A program made the position numbers and the translations under genes. DNA of 64,000 nt from Lachnospiraceae bacterium (GTDB lineage Bacteria; Bacillota; Clostridia; Lachnospirales; Lachnospiraceae). How positions within the stretch are numbered: the stretch's first letter is position 1; every line of letters starts with the position of its first letter. Shown here piece after piece: positions 21,389 through 31,524 of this stretch. A model generated the notes under the pieces. That model made no database searches and had not been told where the DNA came from. It was given only the letters and a program-made list of their open reading frames with translations. The stretch spans positions 4,253 to 68,252 of the forward strand of contig JBGVRS010000170.1 of NCBI GenBank assembly GCA_045128635.1, given 5' to 3'.

Positions 21389-22582
21389 ATGGAAAAGACA
21401 ATATTTAGAGCATTTTTGATCAAATACGCTGAAATTGCCATTAAAGGTAAAAACCGTTATATGTTCGAAGATGCACTGGTTGAAAGCATGAGAAAAGCCC
21501 TGACAGAAGTAGAGGGTGAATTCGAAGTAACAAAAGAAATGGGTCGTATCTATGTATTCGTAAAATCTGAATACTATGATTATGAGGAAACGATTGCAGC
21601 ATTAAAACGTGTATTTGGTATTGTGGGAATCTGTCCGGTTGTTATCGTAGAAGATACAGATTTTGAAAATGTATCTGCACAGGTACTTAAATACATTGAT
21701 GATGTATATCCTGACAAAAACAAAACATTTAAAGTGAATGCACGTCGTGCAAATAAAGGATATCCTCTGGATTCTGTAGAAATCAACCTGGAAATGGGTG
21801 GAAGAATTTTAGATGCTTATCCTGAAATGAAAGTAGATGTACATCATCCGGATATCAATCTTGTCATTGAAGTACGTAAACATGTGTACATTTATTCTGA
21901 AATCATTCCGGGACCAGGCGGCATGCCAATTGGAACAAACGGAAGAGCAATGCTTCTTTTATCCGGCGGTATCGACAGCCCGGTAGCAGGATGGATGATC
22001 GCAAAACGTGGTGTTCGTCTGGATGCAACCTATTTCCATGCACCGCCATACACAAGTGAGCGTGCAAAACAGAAGGTTGTAGATTTGGCAAAGAAAGTTG
22101 CGAAATATACAGGCCCGATTCGTTTGAACATTGTAAACTTTACAGATATTCAGCTCTACATTTATGACCAGTGTCCACATGAAGAATTAACAATCATCAT
22201 GCGCCGTTATATGATGAGAATCGCAGAAGATCTTGCAAACAAAAACGGCAGTATGGCACTTATTACAGGGGAAAGTATTGGTCAGGTAGCAAGCCAGACA
22301 GTGCAGAGCCTTGCAGCAACCAATGAAGTTTGTACAATGCCTGTATTTCGTCCGTTGATTGGATTTGATAAAGAAGATATTGTAACGATTGCAAAAAATA
22401 TCGATACTTATGAAACTTCTATTTTACCATACGAAGACTGTTGTACAATTTTCGTGGCAAAACATCCGGTAACAAAACCGAATATCAACATTATCAAACG
22501 TTCCGAAACAAAACTGGAAGAAAAAATTGCAGAGCTTTACAAAGAAGCGATGGAAAGCGTAGAGACAATTCTCGTAGAATAG
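21389..22582 (+). CDS. thiI: tRNA 4-thiouridine synthase
   Basis: THUMP N-terminal half and the PP-loop LLSGGIDSPVA. Confidence 0.9.
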   Translation: MEKTIFRAFLIKYAEIAIKGKNRYMFEDALVESMRKALTEVEGEFEVTKEMGRIYVFVKSEYYDYEETIAALKRVFGIVGICPVVIVEDTDFENVSAQVLKYIDDVYPDKNKTFKVNARRANKGYPLDSVEINLEMGGRILDAYPEMKVDVHHPDINLVIEVRKHVYIYSEIIPGPGGMPIGTNGRAMLLLSGGIDSPVAGWMIAKRGVRLDATYFHAPPYTSERAKQKVVDLAKKVAKYTGPIRLNIVNFTDIQLYIYDQCPHEELTIIMRRYMMRIAEDLANKNGSMALITGESIGQVASQTVQSLAATNEVCTMPVFRPLIGFDKEDIVTIAKNIDTYETSILPYEDCCTIFVAKHPVTKPNINIIKRSETKLEEKIAELYKEAMESVETILVE

Positions 22583-22603
22583 CAGATAGAGATCAGACAT
22601 AAG

Positions 22604-22639
22604 AAAATGCGAGAAATACTTGGTATTTCTCGCATTTAT
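22604..22639. terminator. Bidirectional terminator (thiI / HPr-like gene)
   Basis: ATGCGAGAAATA-loop-TATTTCTCGCAT, flanked by A/T runs. Confidence 0.8.
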
Positions 22640-22660
22640 AATTCACATGTTTACCTGAAA

Positions 22661-22900
22661 CTATTCGATTACGTATGGTTTGATAGCTTCCAGGATTGCA
22701 TTCATGTTTTCATCTGCATGAATGTTTAAGTTGATTGGCTTGGATAAATCTAAACTGAAGATACCCATAATAGATTTTGCGTCAATCACGTATCTACCGG
22801 AAACTAAATCAAAATCGTTGTCAAATTTAGAAATTTCGTTTACAAAAGATTTTACTTTATCGATAGAATTTAAAGAAATTTGAACAGTTTTCATTTTCAT
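22661..22900 (-). CDS. HPr-domain protein lacking the His15 phosphorylation site
   Basis: It aligns to HPr along its whole length. The Ser46 motif DAKSIMGI is retained, but GIHARPA is replaced by SIDKVKS. ATG at 22900 follows GGAGGC. Confidence 0.7.
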   Translation of the reverse strand: MKMKTVQISLNSIDKVKSFVNEISKFDNDFDLVSGRYVIDAKSIMGIFSLDLSKPINLNIHADENMNAILEAIKPYVIE

Positions 22901-22993
22901 AGTTTGCCTCCTAAATGAGATGAGATTATACACATCTATATTAACATAATGAGGTCAAAAGTCAATAATGAAACTGGCGGAGGATGGAAAAAT

Positions 22994-24298
22994 ATGGCAA
23001 AAAGAGTGGCGTTACACAACCTTGGTTGTAAGGTCAATGCTTATGAAACAGAAAGTATGCAGCAGATGCTGGAGGCGGCGGGATATGAAATCGTACCGTT
23101 TGCGCCGGGGGCTGATATTTATATAATTAACACTTGCAGTGTGACAAATATTGCAGACAGAAAATCAAGACAGATGCTTCACAAAGCAAAAAAAATGAAT
23201 CAGGAAGCCATTGTAGTGGCAGCGGGATGTTATGTGGAAAGTGAAAAGCACAGTGGCGGAAAAGTAGATGATGCTATTGATATCGTTATCGGAAACAACT
23301 GCAAGAAAGATCTGATTGAGATTTTGGAAGCTTATGAAGAAGGTAAACGTTCAGAAGTGGTCATTGATATTAATCATACGAAAGAATATGAAGAACTGAA
23401 TCTGAATAAAACCGCAGAACATACAAGAGCGTATGTAAAAGTGCAGGATGGATGTAATCAGTTTTGCAGCTACTGCATCATTCCTTATACAAGGGGAAGG
23501 GTCAGAAGCCGTAAGTCTCAGGATGTATATGATGAAGTAGTTCGTCTTGCAAAGGCCGGTTATCATGAAGTGGTACTGACAGGAATCCATTTGGGTTCCT
23601 ATGGCGTGGATCTGGAAGAAGAAACGCTGTTATCACTGATTGAAAAGATTCATGACATTGACGGAATTGAGAGAATCCGACTGGGCTCCTTGGAACCTCG
23701 TGTGATGACAGAGGAATTTGTAGAGAGAATTGCAGGACTTTCAAAGGTGTGCCCGCATTTCCACTTATCTTTGCAGAGTGGATGTGACGAAACACTGAAA
23801 CGAATGAATAGAAAATATTCGGCAGAAGAATACTATGAAGTATGTAAACGACTTCGAAGACATTATGAGAACCCTGCCCTTACCACAGATGTAATCGTAG
23901 GATTTGCAGGTGAAACAGAAGAAGAGTTTGCGCAGTGCAAAGCGTTTTTGGAAAAAATTGAATTTTTTGAAACACATATTTTCAAGTTTTCTATCAGAAA
24001 AGGTACCAGAGCAGCAAAAATGGAAAATCAGGTACCGGATCAGATCAAAACAAAACGCAGCAATGAACTGCTTGCATTGAATGAGAAAAATTCGGTAAAA
24101 TATTTACAGGAGCATTTTGGAAAAGACCTGGAGGTTTTGATGGAAGAAGAGATGCTCATTGATGGAGAAAAATATTTTGTAGGTCATACGAAGGAATACA
24201 TCCGTGTGGCAGTAAAGACAGAAGAAGATTTCACAAATCGTTTTGTGACAGTGAAAGCAAATAAGATATTAAAGGATCTGATTTTGCTTGGAGAATAG
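22994..24298 (+). CDS. mtaB: tRNA (N6-threonylcarbamoyladenosine) methylthiotransferase
   Basis: UPF0004 N-domain (LGCKVNAYE), radical-SAM CNQFCSYC and a TRAM C-terminus. Confidence 0.85.
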   Translation: MAKRVALHNLGCKVNAYETESMQQMLEAAGYEIVPFAPGADIYIINTCSVTNIADRKSRQMLHKAKKMNQEAIVVAAGCYVESEKHSGGKVDDAIDIVIGNNCKKDLIEILEAYEEGKRSEVVIDINHTKEYEELNLNKTAEHTRAYVKVQDGCNQFCSYCIIPYTRGRVRSRKSQDVYDEVVRLAKAGYHEVVLTGIHLGSYGVDLEEETLLSLIEKIHDIDGIERIRLGSLEPRVMTEEFVERIAGLSKVCPHFHLSLQSGCDETLKRMNRKYSAEEYYEVCKRLRRHYENPALTTDVIVGFAGETEEEFAQCKAFLEKIEFFETHIFKFSIRKGTRAAKMENQVPDQIKTKRSNELLALNEKNSVKYLQEHFGKDLEVLMEEEMLIDGEKYFVGHTKEYIRVAVKTEEDFTNRFVTVKANKILKDLILLGE

Positions 24299-24313
24299 TG
24301 AAAGGTTGATGTT

Positions 24314-25672
24314 ATGGAACAGAATCAGCAGTTTCAGAAGATGACACAGACTCCTGTGGGAAAATTGATTGCAACATTATCGATACCGACAATTATCAGT
24401 ATGCTGGTAACCTCCGTTTATAATATGGCGGATACATTTTTTGTATCTAAGTTGGGAACCAGTGCCTCCGGCGCTGTAGGGATTGTATTTTCGGTGATGG
24501 CAATTATCCAGGCTATTGGATTTACCTTTGGGATGGGCAGCGGAAGCTGGATTTCCAGACTTTTAGGTGCTAAGGAAGAAGAAAAGGCAAAAGAGGTTGC
24601 CGCCACAGGATTTTACAGTGCGATTTTTCTTTGTACGCTTATGAGTATTATCGGTGAATGGAAAATAGATGACCTGATGAGAATCCTAGGCGCATCTGAG
24701 ACGATTCTGCCATATGCAAGAGACTACGCCAGATATATTTTACTTGCAGCACCGATCATGGCATCCTCTTTTGTGCTGAATAATATTCTTCGTTCCGAAG
24801 GTCATGCAAAATTTGCTATGATTGGAATCACCACAGGCGGTATTTTAAATATTGTTTTAGATCCGATATTTATATTTACCTTCAATATGGGAATCAGCGG
24901 TGCGGCACTGGCGACGGCACTTAGCCAGTTGATCAGTTTTTTGATTCTGCTGTCATATTTTGTAATGCATAAGACTACTACAAGACTGGGGATTCATAGG
25001 CTGTCGAAAAATCCGGGAACCTATTATCAGATTATAAAAAATGGTCTGCCATCTTTCTCAAGACAGGGACTTGCAAGTATTGCTTCTATATTATTAAATA
25101 AGCAGGCGATTATTTATGGAGATGCAGCAGTTGCTGCAATGGCAATCGTAACAAAAATCTTTATGATGATCTTCTCAGTCATGATTGGATTTGGCCAGGG
25201 GTATCAGCCGGTTGTTGGATTTAACTTTGGAGCAGGTATTATGGACCGTGTAAAAAAGGCAATGAAATTTACACTGAAAGTTGGAATCATTGGGATGAGC
25301 AGCGCGGCTGTAATTTTATTCTTTGCAGCACCACTGTTGATGGAATTATTTATATCAGATGATCCGGCGGTTCTAGAAATCGGAACCATGGCACTTCGTG
25401 CCCAGGCGATTAGTATGCCGCTCATTCCAATTGGTACAGTAGCCAATATGACCTTTCAATCTATTGGAAAATCGTGGAAGGCAACCATCATGTCGTCCAT
25501 GAGACAGGGAATCTTTTTTATCCCATTGATTTTTATACTTCCGGCAATCTTTGGACTGTGGGGAGTTACTATGACACAGGCAGCATCTGATGTGCTGACA
25601 GCACTTGCATGTACACCATTTTTATACAGTTTTTATAAAAATCTTACAGAGGAAACAAAGACTGCGGCTTAG
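24314..25672 (+). CDS. MATE-family efflux transporter
   Basis: 452 aa and ~12 TM helices, with a typical MATE N-terminus ([35 protein letters not shown]). Confidence 0.85.
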   Translation: MEQNQQFQKMTQTPVGKLIATLSIPTIISMLVTSVYNMADTFFVSKLGTSASGAVGIVFSVMAIIQAIGFTFGMGSGSWISRLLGAKEEEKAKEVAATGFYSAIFLCTLMSIIGEWKIDDLMRILGASETILPYARDYARYILLAAPIMASSFVLNNILRSEGHAKFAMIGITTGGILNIVLDPIFIFTFNMGISGAALATALSQLISFLILLSYFVMHKTTTRLGIHRLSKNPGTYYQIIKNGLPSFSRQGLASIASILLNKQAIIYGDAAVAAMAIVTKIFMMIFSVMIGFGQGYQPVVGFNFGAGIMDRVKKAMKFTLKVGIIGMSSAAVILFFAAPLLMELFISDDPAVLEIGTMALRAQAISMPLIPIGTVANMTFQSIGKSWKATIMSSMRQGIFFIPLIFILPAIFGLWGVTMTQAASDVLTALACTPFLYSFYKNLTEETKTAA

Positions 25673-25773
25673 AAAAGCTTGTCTTTTATGTAAAGCTGTA
25701 TTATAGTAAAGATAATTATTTATTATGCGGAAGAATCCCCTTTGGGGAGCAGTTCGCGACGGGGGCGGATGAA

Positions 25774-26034
25774 ATGAGTACACTTCATAACACACAATGC
25801 TTTAAGGTGACAGCTGAACAGGAATTACAGGTAGGAGATATCTTAAAGACAGTTTATCAGGCAATGACAGAAAAAGGCTACAATCCGGTAAACCAGATTG
25901 TTGGTTATATTATGTCAGGAGATCCTACTTACATCACAAGCCATAAAGGTGCAAGAAGTATGATTTCCAAAGTGGAACGTGATGAACTGGTAGAAGAACT
26001 TTTAAAGGTTTATATCGAAACATTAGAAAAATAG
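25774..26034 (+). CDS. IreB-family regulatory phosphoprotein (UPF0297)
   Basis: The sequence ...[38 protein letters not shown] matches the YrzL/IreB family. Synteny with ruvX supports it. Confidence 0.85.
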   Translation: MSTLHNTQCFKVTAEQELQVGDILKTVYQAMTEKGYNPVNQIVGYIMSGDPTYITSHKGARSMISKVERDELVEELLKVYIETLEK

Positions 26035-26049
26035 ACTTAGGAGATTTGT

Positions 26050-26478
26050 ATGAGAATTATGGGCTTAGACTACGGCTCTAAAACCGTAGGCGTAGCCATT
26101 AGCGATCCTTTAGGCATTACTGCTCAGGGAATCGAAATCATCAGACGTGAGAAAGAAACAAAATTACGGCAGACCTTAGCACGTATTGAAGCTTTGATTA
26201 AAGAATATCAGGTGGAATCTATCGTGCTCGGTTTTCCCAAAAATATGAACAATACTATCGGAGACAGGGCTGAGAAATCGCTTGCATTTAAAGAAATGTT
26301 GGAAAAGCGGACAGGTCTGGATGTTGTCATGTGGGATGAGCGATTAACTACGGTGGAAGCGAACCGTACGCTAATGGAAGGAAAAGTTAGAAGAGAAGAC
26401 AGAAGTAAATATGTGGACATGCTGGCAGCTGTTTACATTTTACAGGGTTATTTGGATTCAAGGAGTTTTAAATTATAA
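26050..26478 (+). CDS. ruvX: Holliday-junction resolvase-like nuclease RuvX (YqgF)
   Basis: [17 protein letters not shown]-terminus and WDERLTT motif. Confidence 0.9.
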   Translation: MRIMGLDYGSKTVGVAISDPLGITAQGIEIIRREKETKLRQTLARIEALIKEYQVESIVLGFPKNMNNTIGDRAEKSLAFKEMLEKRTGLDVVMWDERLTTVEANRTLMEGKVRREDRSKYVDMLAAVYILQGYLDSRSFKL

Positions 26479-26735
26479 TGGATAAAATCACATTTATTTC
26501 TGAAAATGAAGAAGCAGTAGAATTTTATGTTTTGGAAGAAACCCGTATCGGTGGGGTTGATTATATATTAGTTACAGATTCTGAAGAAGGAGATGCAGAA
26601 TGCCTGATCTTAAAGGATTTGTCCGGAGCTGAGGATGCAGAAGCAGTTTATACGATTGTAGAGGACGAAAATGAACTTGACAGTGTATTCGGTGTTTTTG
26701 AACAGATGCTGGAAGATGTAGACATCGAACGGTAA
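26478..26735 (+). CDS. DUF1292 (YrzB-like) protein
   Basis: Small acidic protein at the conserved position after ruvX, with the motif EFYVLEETRIGGVDYILV. Confidence 0.75.
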   Translation: MDKITFISENEEAVEFYVLEETRIGGVDYILVTDSEEGDAECLILKDLSGAEDAEAVYTIVEDENELDSVFGVFEQMLEDVDIER

Positions 26736-26798
26736 TCTTTAGGCAGTTTATGCCTTTTTACACGAGCGGAAAAATATAACGAAACTAGGAGGTTACAT

Positions 26799-28463
26799 TT
26801 GAATAACGTTAACAATTCAAAATTACGAATCATTCCTCTTGGCGGATTGGAAGCAATTGGAATGAATATTACTGCCTTCGAATTCGAGGACAGTATTGTT
26901 GTCGTGGATTGCGGACTCTCTTTCCCAACAGAAGATATGTTGGGAATTGATCTTGTAATCCCTGATGTCACTTATTTGAAAGGAAATATTGATAAAGTCA
27001 AAGGGTTCGTATTTACACATGGTCATGAAGACCATATTGGAGCAATCCCATATGTGTTTAAAGATATCAATGCTCCAATTTATGCGACAAAGCTTACCAT
27101 GGGTCTCATTGACAGTAAGTTGAAAGAACATGGAATGACTAAAACAATCAAGAGAAAAGTCGTAAAACATGGTCAGTCTATTAATCTTGGACAGTTTAGA
27201 ATCGAATTTATTAAGACAAACCACAGTATCGAGGATGCATGTGCACTGGCAATTTATTCTCCTGCAGGAATTGTTGTTCACACGGGAGACTTTAAAGTAG
27301 ACTATACACCGGTATTTGGCGGTGCGATTGATTTACAGAGATTTGGCGAAATTGGTAAAAAAGGTGTTCTTGCATTAATGTCCGACAGTACAAATGCAGA
27401 ACGTGAAGGATTTACACATTCTGAGAAAAAAGTTGGAAAACGTTTTGATGCAATTTTTTCTGAACATCCAAATCAGCGAATTATTGTTGCAACTTTTGCC
27501 TCTAATGTAGACCGTGTACAGCAGGTAATTAACTCTGCGTATAAGAGTGGAAGAAAAGTAGTGGTAGAAGGACGCAGCATGGTCAATACCATTACAATCG
27601 CTCAGGAATTAGGCTATATTTCCATTCCTGAAAATACTTTGATTGATATTGAACAGTTAAAGAACTATCCGGATGAGAAGACAGTTTTAATTACAACAGG
27701 AAGTCAGGGAGAAGCTATGGCGGCTCTTTCCAGAATGGCATCCGGAACCCACCGTAAGGTACACATTATGCCGGGAGATGTAGTTGTTATTTCGGCAACT
27801 CCAATTCCTGGAAATGAAAAAGCAGTATCCAAGGTAATTAATGAATTATCAATTCGTGGAGCGGAAGTTGTGCGTCATGATACCCACGTATCAGGACATG
27901 CCTGTCAGGAAGAATTAAAATTAATTTATTCTCTGGTACGTCCGAAATATGCGATTCCGGTACATGGTGAATACAGACATCTGCAGGCAAATGCAAGAAT
28001 TGCAGAAGACCTTGGTATTGAAAAGGATAACATTTTCATCATGGCATCCGGTGATGTATTAGAGCTGGATGAAAATGAAGCAAAAGTAGTAGACCATGTG
28101 CAGAATGGTGCAATCTATGTAGATGGTCTCGGTGTTGGCGATGTTGGAAATATCGTAATCAGGGACAGACAGCATTTGTCAGAAGATGGTATTTTAATTG
28201 TTGTACTGACACTGGAAAAATACAGCAATCAGATTCTTGCGGGACCGGATATCGTATCCCGAGGATTTGTATATGTAAGAGAATCAGAATCCCTCATCGA
28301 AGAAGCTAAGATGGTGGTGGAAGAAGCACTGGAAGGATGCCTGTCAAGAGGTATCTCTGACTGGGGAAAATTAAAGAATGTTGTGAAAGATTCTTTAAAT
28401 GAATATCTCTGGAAGAAGACAAAGAGAAGTCCGATGATCCTGCCAATTATTATGGAAGTATAG
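26799..28463 (+). CDS. rnj: Ribonuclease J
   Basis: Metallo-beta-lactamase HGHEDHIG, beta-CASP and the RNase J C-terminal domain. TTG start 7 nt after AGGAGG. Confidence 0.9.
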   Translation: MNNVNNSKLRIIPLGGLEAIGMNITAFEFEDSIVVVDCGLSFPTEDMLGIDLVIPDVTYLKGNIDKVKGFVFTHGHEDHIGAIPYVFKDINAPIYATKLTMGLIDSKLKEHGMTKTIKRKVVKHGQSINLGQFRIEFIKTNHSIEDACALAIYSPAGIVVHTGDFKVDYTPVFGGAIDLQRFGEIGKKGVLALMSDSTNAEREGFTHSEKKVGKRFDAIFSEHPNQRIIVATFASNVDRVQQVINSAYKSGRKVVVEGRSMVNTITIAQELGYISIPENTLIDIEQLKNYPDEKTVLITTGSQGEAMAALSRMASGTHRKVHIMPGDVVVISATPIPGNEKAVSKVINELSIRGAEVVRHDTHVSGHACQEELKLIYSLVRPKYAIPVHGEYRHLQANARIAEDLGIEKDNIFIMASGDVLELDENEAKVVDHVQNGAIYVDGLGVGDVGNIVIRDRQHLSEDGILIVVLTLEKYSNQILAGPDIVSRGFVYVRESESLIEEAKMVVEEALEGCLSRGISDWGKLKNVVKDSLNEYLWKKTKRSPMILPIIMEV

Positions 28464-28485
28464 GAAGACTTTAAGGAGGAAGAAA

Positions 28486-28860
28486 ATGACAACACAAAAG
28501 GCAGTTATGAGAGTAGCATCAATTTGTTTAAAAGTGATTATATTCATTGTAATTGTTCTGGGAATTGTCTCTTTAGGACAGACCACTTATCGCTATACTC
28601 ATGCGGTCTTTAGTGATGAAGCCATTGAAGAAGAACCGGGCAGAAGTGTAACGATTAAGATCAATGAAGATGTCAGTACAAAGAAGCTGGCAGAGGTTTT
28701 GGAAGAAAACGGACTGATAGAAGATGCAAAAGTTTTTAAATTTCAGATGAAAATGGCAGATTTTGAAGGTCCTGTAAAAGCCGGAACTTATGAGTTGAAC
28801 ACTTCCATGAGCCCAAGTGAAATGTTTAAGATCTTGTCATCAAACGGGGATAAAACATGA
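28486..28860 (+). CDS. Short MltG/YceG-like membrane protein (N-terminal part of the fold only)
   Basis: A TM helix plus the YceG N-subdomain (VTIKINEDVSTKKLAEVLEENGLI...GTYELNTSMSPSEMFKIL). It sits where yrrL/mltG lies upstream of yrrM-yrrO, and the catalytic C-terminal part is absent. Confidence 0.6.
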   Translation: MTTQKAVMRVASICLKVIIFIVIVLGIVSLGQTTYRYTHAVFSDEAIEEEPGRSVTIKINEDVSTKKLAEVLEENGLIEDAKVFKFQMKMADFEGPVKAGTYELNTSMSPSEMFKILSSNGDKT

Positions 28861-29498
28861 TTGTAGATGAAAGAATGGTTGCCTACATCAATTCTTTGGA
28901 TGTAGGCAATAGTGCGTTAGTAAATGAAATAGAAGAGGAAGCATTGGCAACTTATGTGCCGATCATCCGAAAAGAAATGCAGAATTTCTTAAAAGTAATT
29001 CTGGAAATCAAACGTCCAAAAGCAATTTTGGAGGTTGGGACAGCTGTTGGATTTTCCGCACTTTTGATGAGTGAGCATGTGGATGAGGACTGCCATATTA
29101 CAACCATTGAGAAATATGAGCCGCGTATTCCGATTGCCAAAGAGAATTTTAAGAGGGCCGGAAAAGAGCATCAGATTACTTTGTTAGAAGGGGATGCGAC
29201 GGATTTCTTAAAGTCCTTAGAAGGACCGTATGATTTTATTTTTATGGATGCGGCGAAGGGACAGTATATCCATTTTCTGCCGGATATCTTAAGACTTTTA
29301 AGTCCGGGAGGCGTGTTGTTATCGGATAATGTGCTGCAGGATGGAGATATTATCCAGTCAAGATTTGCGGTAGAACGAAGAAATCGTACGATTCACAGTC
29401 GAATGAGAGAATATTTATATACACTGACTCACCACGAGCAGCTGACAACATCATTGCTGCCATTGGGAGATGGTGTGACCTTAAGTGTAAGAAAATAG
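28857..29498 (+). CDS. Class I SAM-dependent O-methyltransferase (YrrM/TrmR-like)
   Basis: Motifs ILEVGTAVGFSAL and FIFMDAAKGQY, with conserved linkage to a U32 peptidase gene. Confidence 0.8.
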   Translation: MIVDERMVAYINSLDVGNSALVNEIEEEALATYVPIIRKEMQNFLKVILEIKRPKAILEVGTAVGFSALLMSEHVDEDCHITTIEKYEPRIPIAKENFKRAGKEHQITLLEGDATDFLKSLEGPYDFIFMDAAKGQYIHFLPDILRLLSPGGVLLSDNVLQDGDIIQSRFAVERRNRTIHSRMREYLYTLTHHEQLTTSLLPLGDGVTLSVRK

Positions 29499-29507
29499 GA
29501 GAACTTT

Positions 29508-30734
29508 ATGAGAAAAACAGAACTTCTGATACCTGCCAGCAGTCTGGAGGTTTTAAAAATTGCGGTTATGTTCGGCGCTGATGCGGTTTATATCGGTGGT
29601 GAAGCCTTTGGCCTTCGTGCAAAAGCAAAGAATTTTTCTCCGGATGAGATGAAAGAGGGAATCGAATTTGCTCACGAACATGGTGTAAAGGTTTATGTAA
29701 CAGCGAATATTCTTGCACATAACTACGATTTAGATGGTGCAAGAGCATATTTTAAAGAATTAAAAGAGATGAAGCCGGATGGTCTGATTATTGCTGACCC
29801 TGGAATGTTTACTCTTGCAAAAGAAATCTGCCCTGAAATTGATGTGCACATTAGTACACAGGCAAACAATACAAACTACGAAACTTATCGCTTCTGGGAA
29901 AGACTTGGCGCAACCCGAGTAGTTTCTGCAAGAGAGCTTTCCATCAAGGAAATCAAAGAAATCAGAGAACACATTTCTGATAAGATGGAAATCGAAACAT
30001 TTGTCCATGGTGCAATGTGTATTTCTTACTCAGGACGCTGTCTGCTTAGCAATTATTTTACAGGCAGAGATGCAAATCAGGGAGCATGTACTCATCCATG
30101 TCGCTGGAAATATGCTGTTGTGGAAGAATCCCGTCCTGGCGAATATCTGCCGGTTTATGAAAATGAAAGAGGAACTTACATTTTCAATTCCAAGGACCTT
30201 TGCATGATCGAGCATATTCCTGATTTAATTGATGCAGGAATTGATTCCTTAAAGATTGAAGGCCGTATGAAAACAGCCCTTTATGTTGCCACAGTTGCAA
30301 GAACGTATCGTAAAGCCCTGGATGATTATGCGGAATCACCGGAAAAATATCAGGAAAATATGCCATGGTATTTAGATCAGATTTCTAACTGTACTTACCG
30401 TCAGTTCACCACAGGATTTTTCTATGGAAAACCGACAGAAGAAACCCAGATTTACGACAGCAATACTTACGTAAAAGAATATACTTACCTTGGTATTGTG
30501 GGAGAACGTAACGAGCAGGGGCTGTATAGAACAGAGCAGAGAAATAAATTCTCCGTGGGTGAAATGATTGAAGTCATGAAACCGGATGGAAGAAATGTGG
30601 AAGTAACTGTCAAAGCGATCTATGATGAAGATGGCAATTCTATGGATAGCTGTCCTCATCCAAAACAGGTACTATACATCGACCTTGGTATGGAACTTGA
30701 CCAGTACGACATTTTAAGAAGAAGAGAAGATTAA
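29508..30734 (+). CDS. Peptidase U32-family protein (YrrO/TrhP-like)
   Basis: U32 signature region E.FVHGAMCISYSGRCLLSNYFTGRDANQGACTHPCRW. Confidence 0.85.
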   Translation: MRKTELLIPASSLEVLKIAVMFGADAVYIGGEAFGLRAKAKNFSPDEMKEGIEFAHEHGVKVYVTANILAHNYDLDGARAYFKELKEMKPDGLIIADPGMFTLAKEICPEIDVHISTQANNTNYETYRFWERLGATRVVSARELSIKEIKEIREHISDKMEIETFVHGAMCISYSGRCLLSNYFTGRDANQGACTHPCRWKYAVVEESRPGEYLPVYENERGTYIFNSKDLCMIEHIPDLIDAGIDSLKIEGRMKTALYVATVARTYRKALDDYAESPEKYQENMPWYLDQISNCTYRQFTTGFFYGKPTEETQIYDSNTYVKEYTYLGIVGERNEQGLYRTEQRNKFSVGEMIEVMKPDGRNVEVTVKAIYDEDGNSMDSCPHPKQVLYIDLGMELDQYDILRRRED

Positions 30735-30751
30735 ATTTTAAAAGTAGGAAA

Positions 30752-30811
30752 TGCACCTTAAAGAGTGAGACTACATAAACTGTAGTAACTCTCCTTTGAG
30801 GTGCTTTTTTT
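30752..30811 (+). terminator. Hairpin plus T-run after the U32 gene; its 3' arm contains the sigK RBS and start
   Basis: GCACCTTAAAGAG (30752-30764) pairs with CTCCTTTGAGGTGC (30791-30804), followed by TTTTTTT. Confidence 0.6.
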
Positions 30812-31427
30812 GCAGACATTTCCTAAACCACTTTCGGTAGAAGAAGAACATTACTATATGAAAAAAAGCCGGGAGGGAGATATGGCTGCCAGAGAGATGC
30901 TGATTCTTCGGAATATGCGGCTGGTGGCACACATTGTCAAAAAGTATCAATGTCCCGAGAATGAACAGGAAGAACTGATATCTATTGGAACCATTGGGCT
31001 GATTAAGGCCATTGCTACAGTGGATACAGAAAAAGGCAGATTATCTACTTACGCAGCCCGCTGTATTGAAAATGAATTACTGATGTATTTTCGTTCCAGA
31101 AAGAAACTTTCAAAAGAGGTTTCTTATTATGAACCGATTGGAACCGATAAAGAAGGAAATGAGATCAGCTTATTGGATATTATTGAAAGTCAGGATCGTT
31201 CCGCTTTTGAAGTTGTAACAGCAAAAGAAGATACAAAGAAAATATATGAGCTGATGCCAAAGGTTTTGTCAGGGCGGGAAAGAGAGGTTCTGTGCCTTAG
31301 ATATGGTCTATATGGCGAAAGTGAATATACACAAAGAGAAGTTGCAGAAAGGCTTGGAATTTCCAGATCCTATATCAGCCGTATCGAGAAAACTGCTATT
31401 GAGAAACTTAGAAGTTGTTTTTCGTGA
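30810..31427 (+). CDS. sigK: Sporulation sigma factor sigma-K, without a pro-sequence
   Basis: Close match to B. subtilis SigK from the mature N-terminus onward (FPKPLS..., LRLVAHIVKK, LISIGTIGLIKA, TYAARCIENE, PIGTDKEGNEISL, GISRSYISRIEK). An in-frame TAA at 30786-30788 leaves no room for a pro-peptide. The start is either TTG at 30810 (6 nt after GAGGTG) or GTG at 30801. Confidence 0.75.
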   Translation: MQTFPKPLSVEEEHYYMKKSREGDMAAREMLILRNMRLVAHIVKKYQCPENEQEELISIGTIGLIKAIATVDTEKGRLSTYAARCIENELLMYFRSRKKLSKEVSYYEPIGTDKEGNEISLLDIIESQDRSAFEVVTAKEDTKKIYELMPKVLSGREREVLCLRYGLYGESEYTQREVAERLGISRSYISRIEKTAIEKLRSCFS

Positions 31428-31524
31428 AAATATCTGGTACAATCAAAATGTCCAAAATCTATTCTGATGATTCCATCAGAAAAATCCACTACAAAGATAA
31501 AAGAAAAATGAAAAGAGGAAAAAG

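Noticed and set aside
30801-31427. sigK as one half of a skin-element-interrupted gene
   Set aside because: The single ORF covers regions 2 through 4.2 contiguously, in good alignment with full-length mature SigK. No recombinase or element is adjacent.
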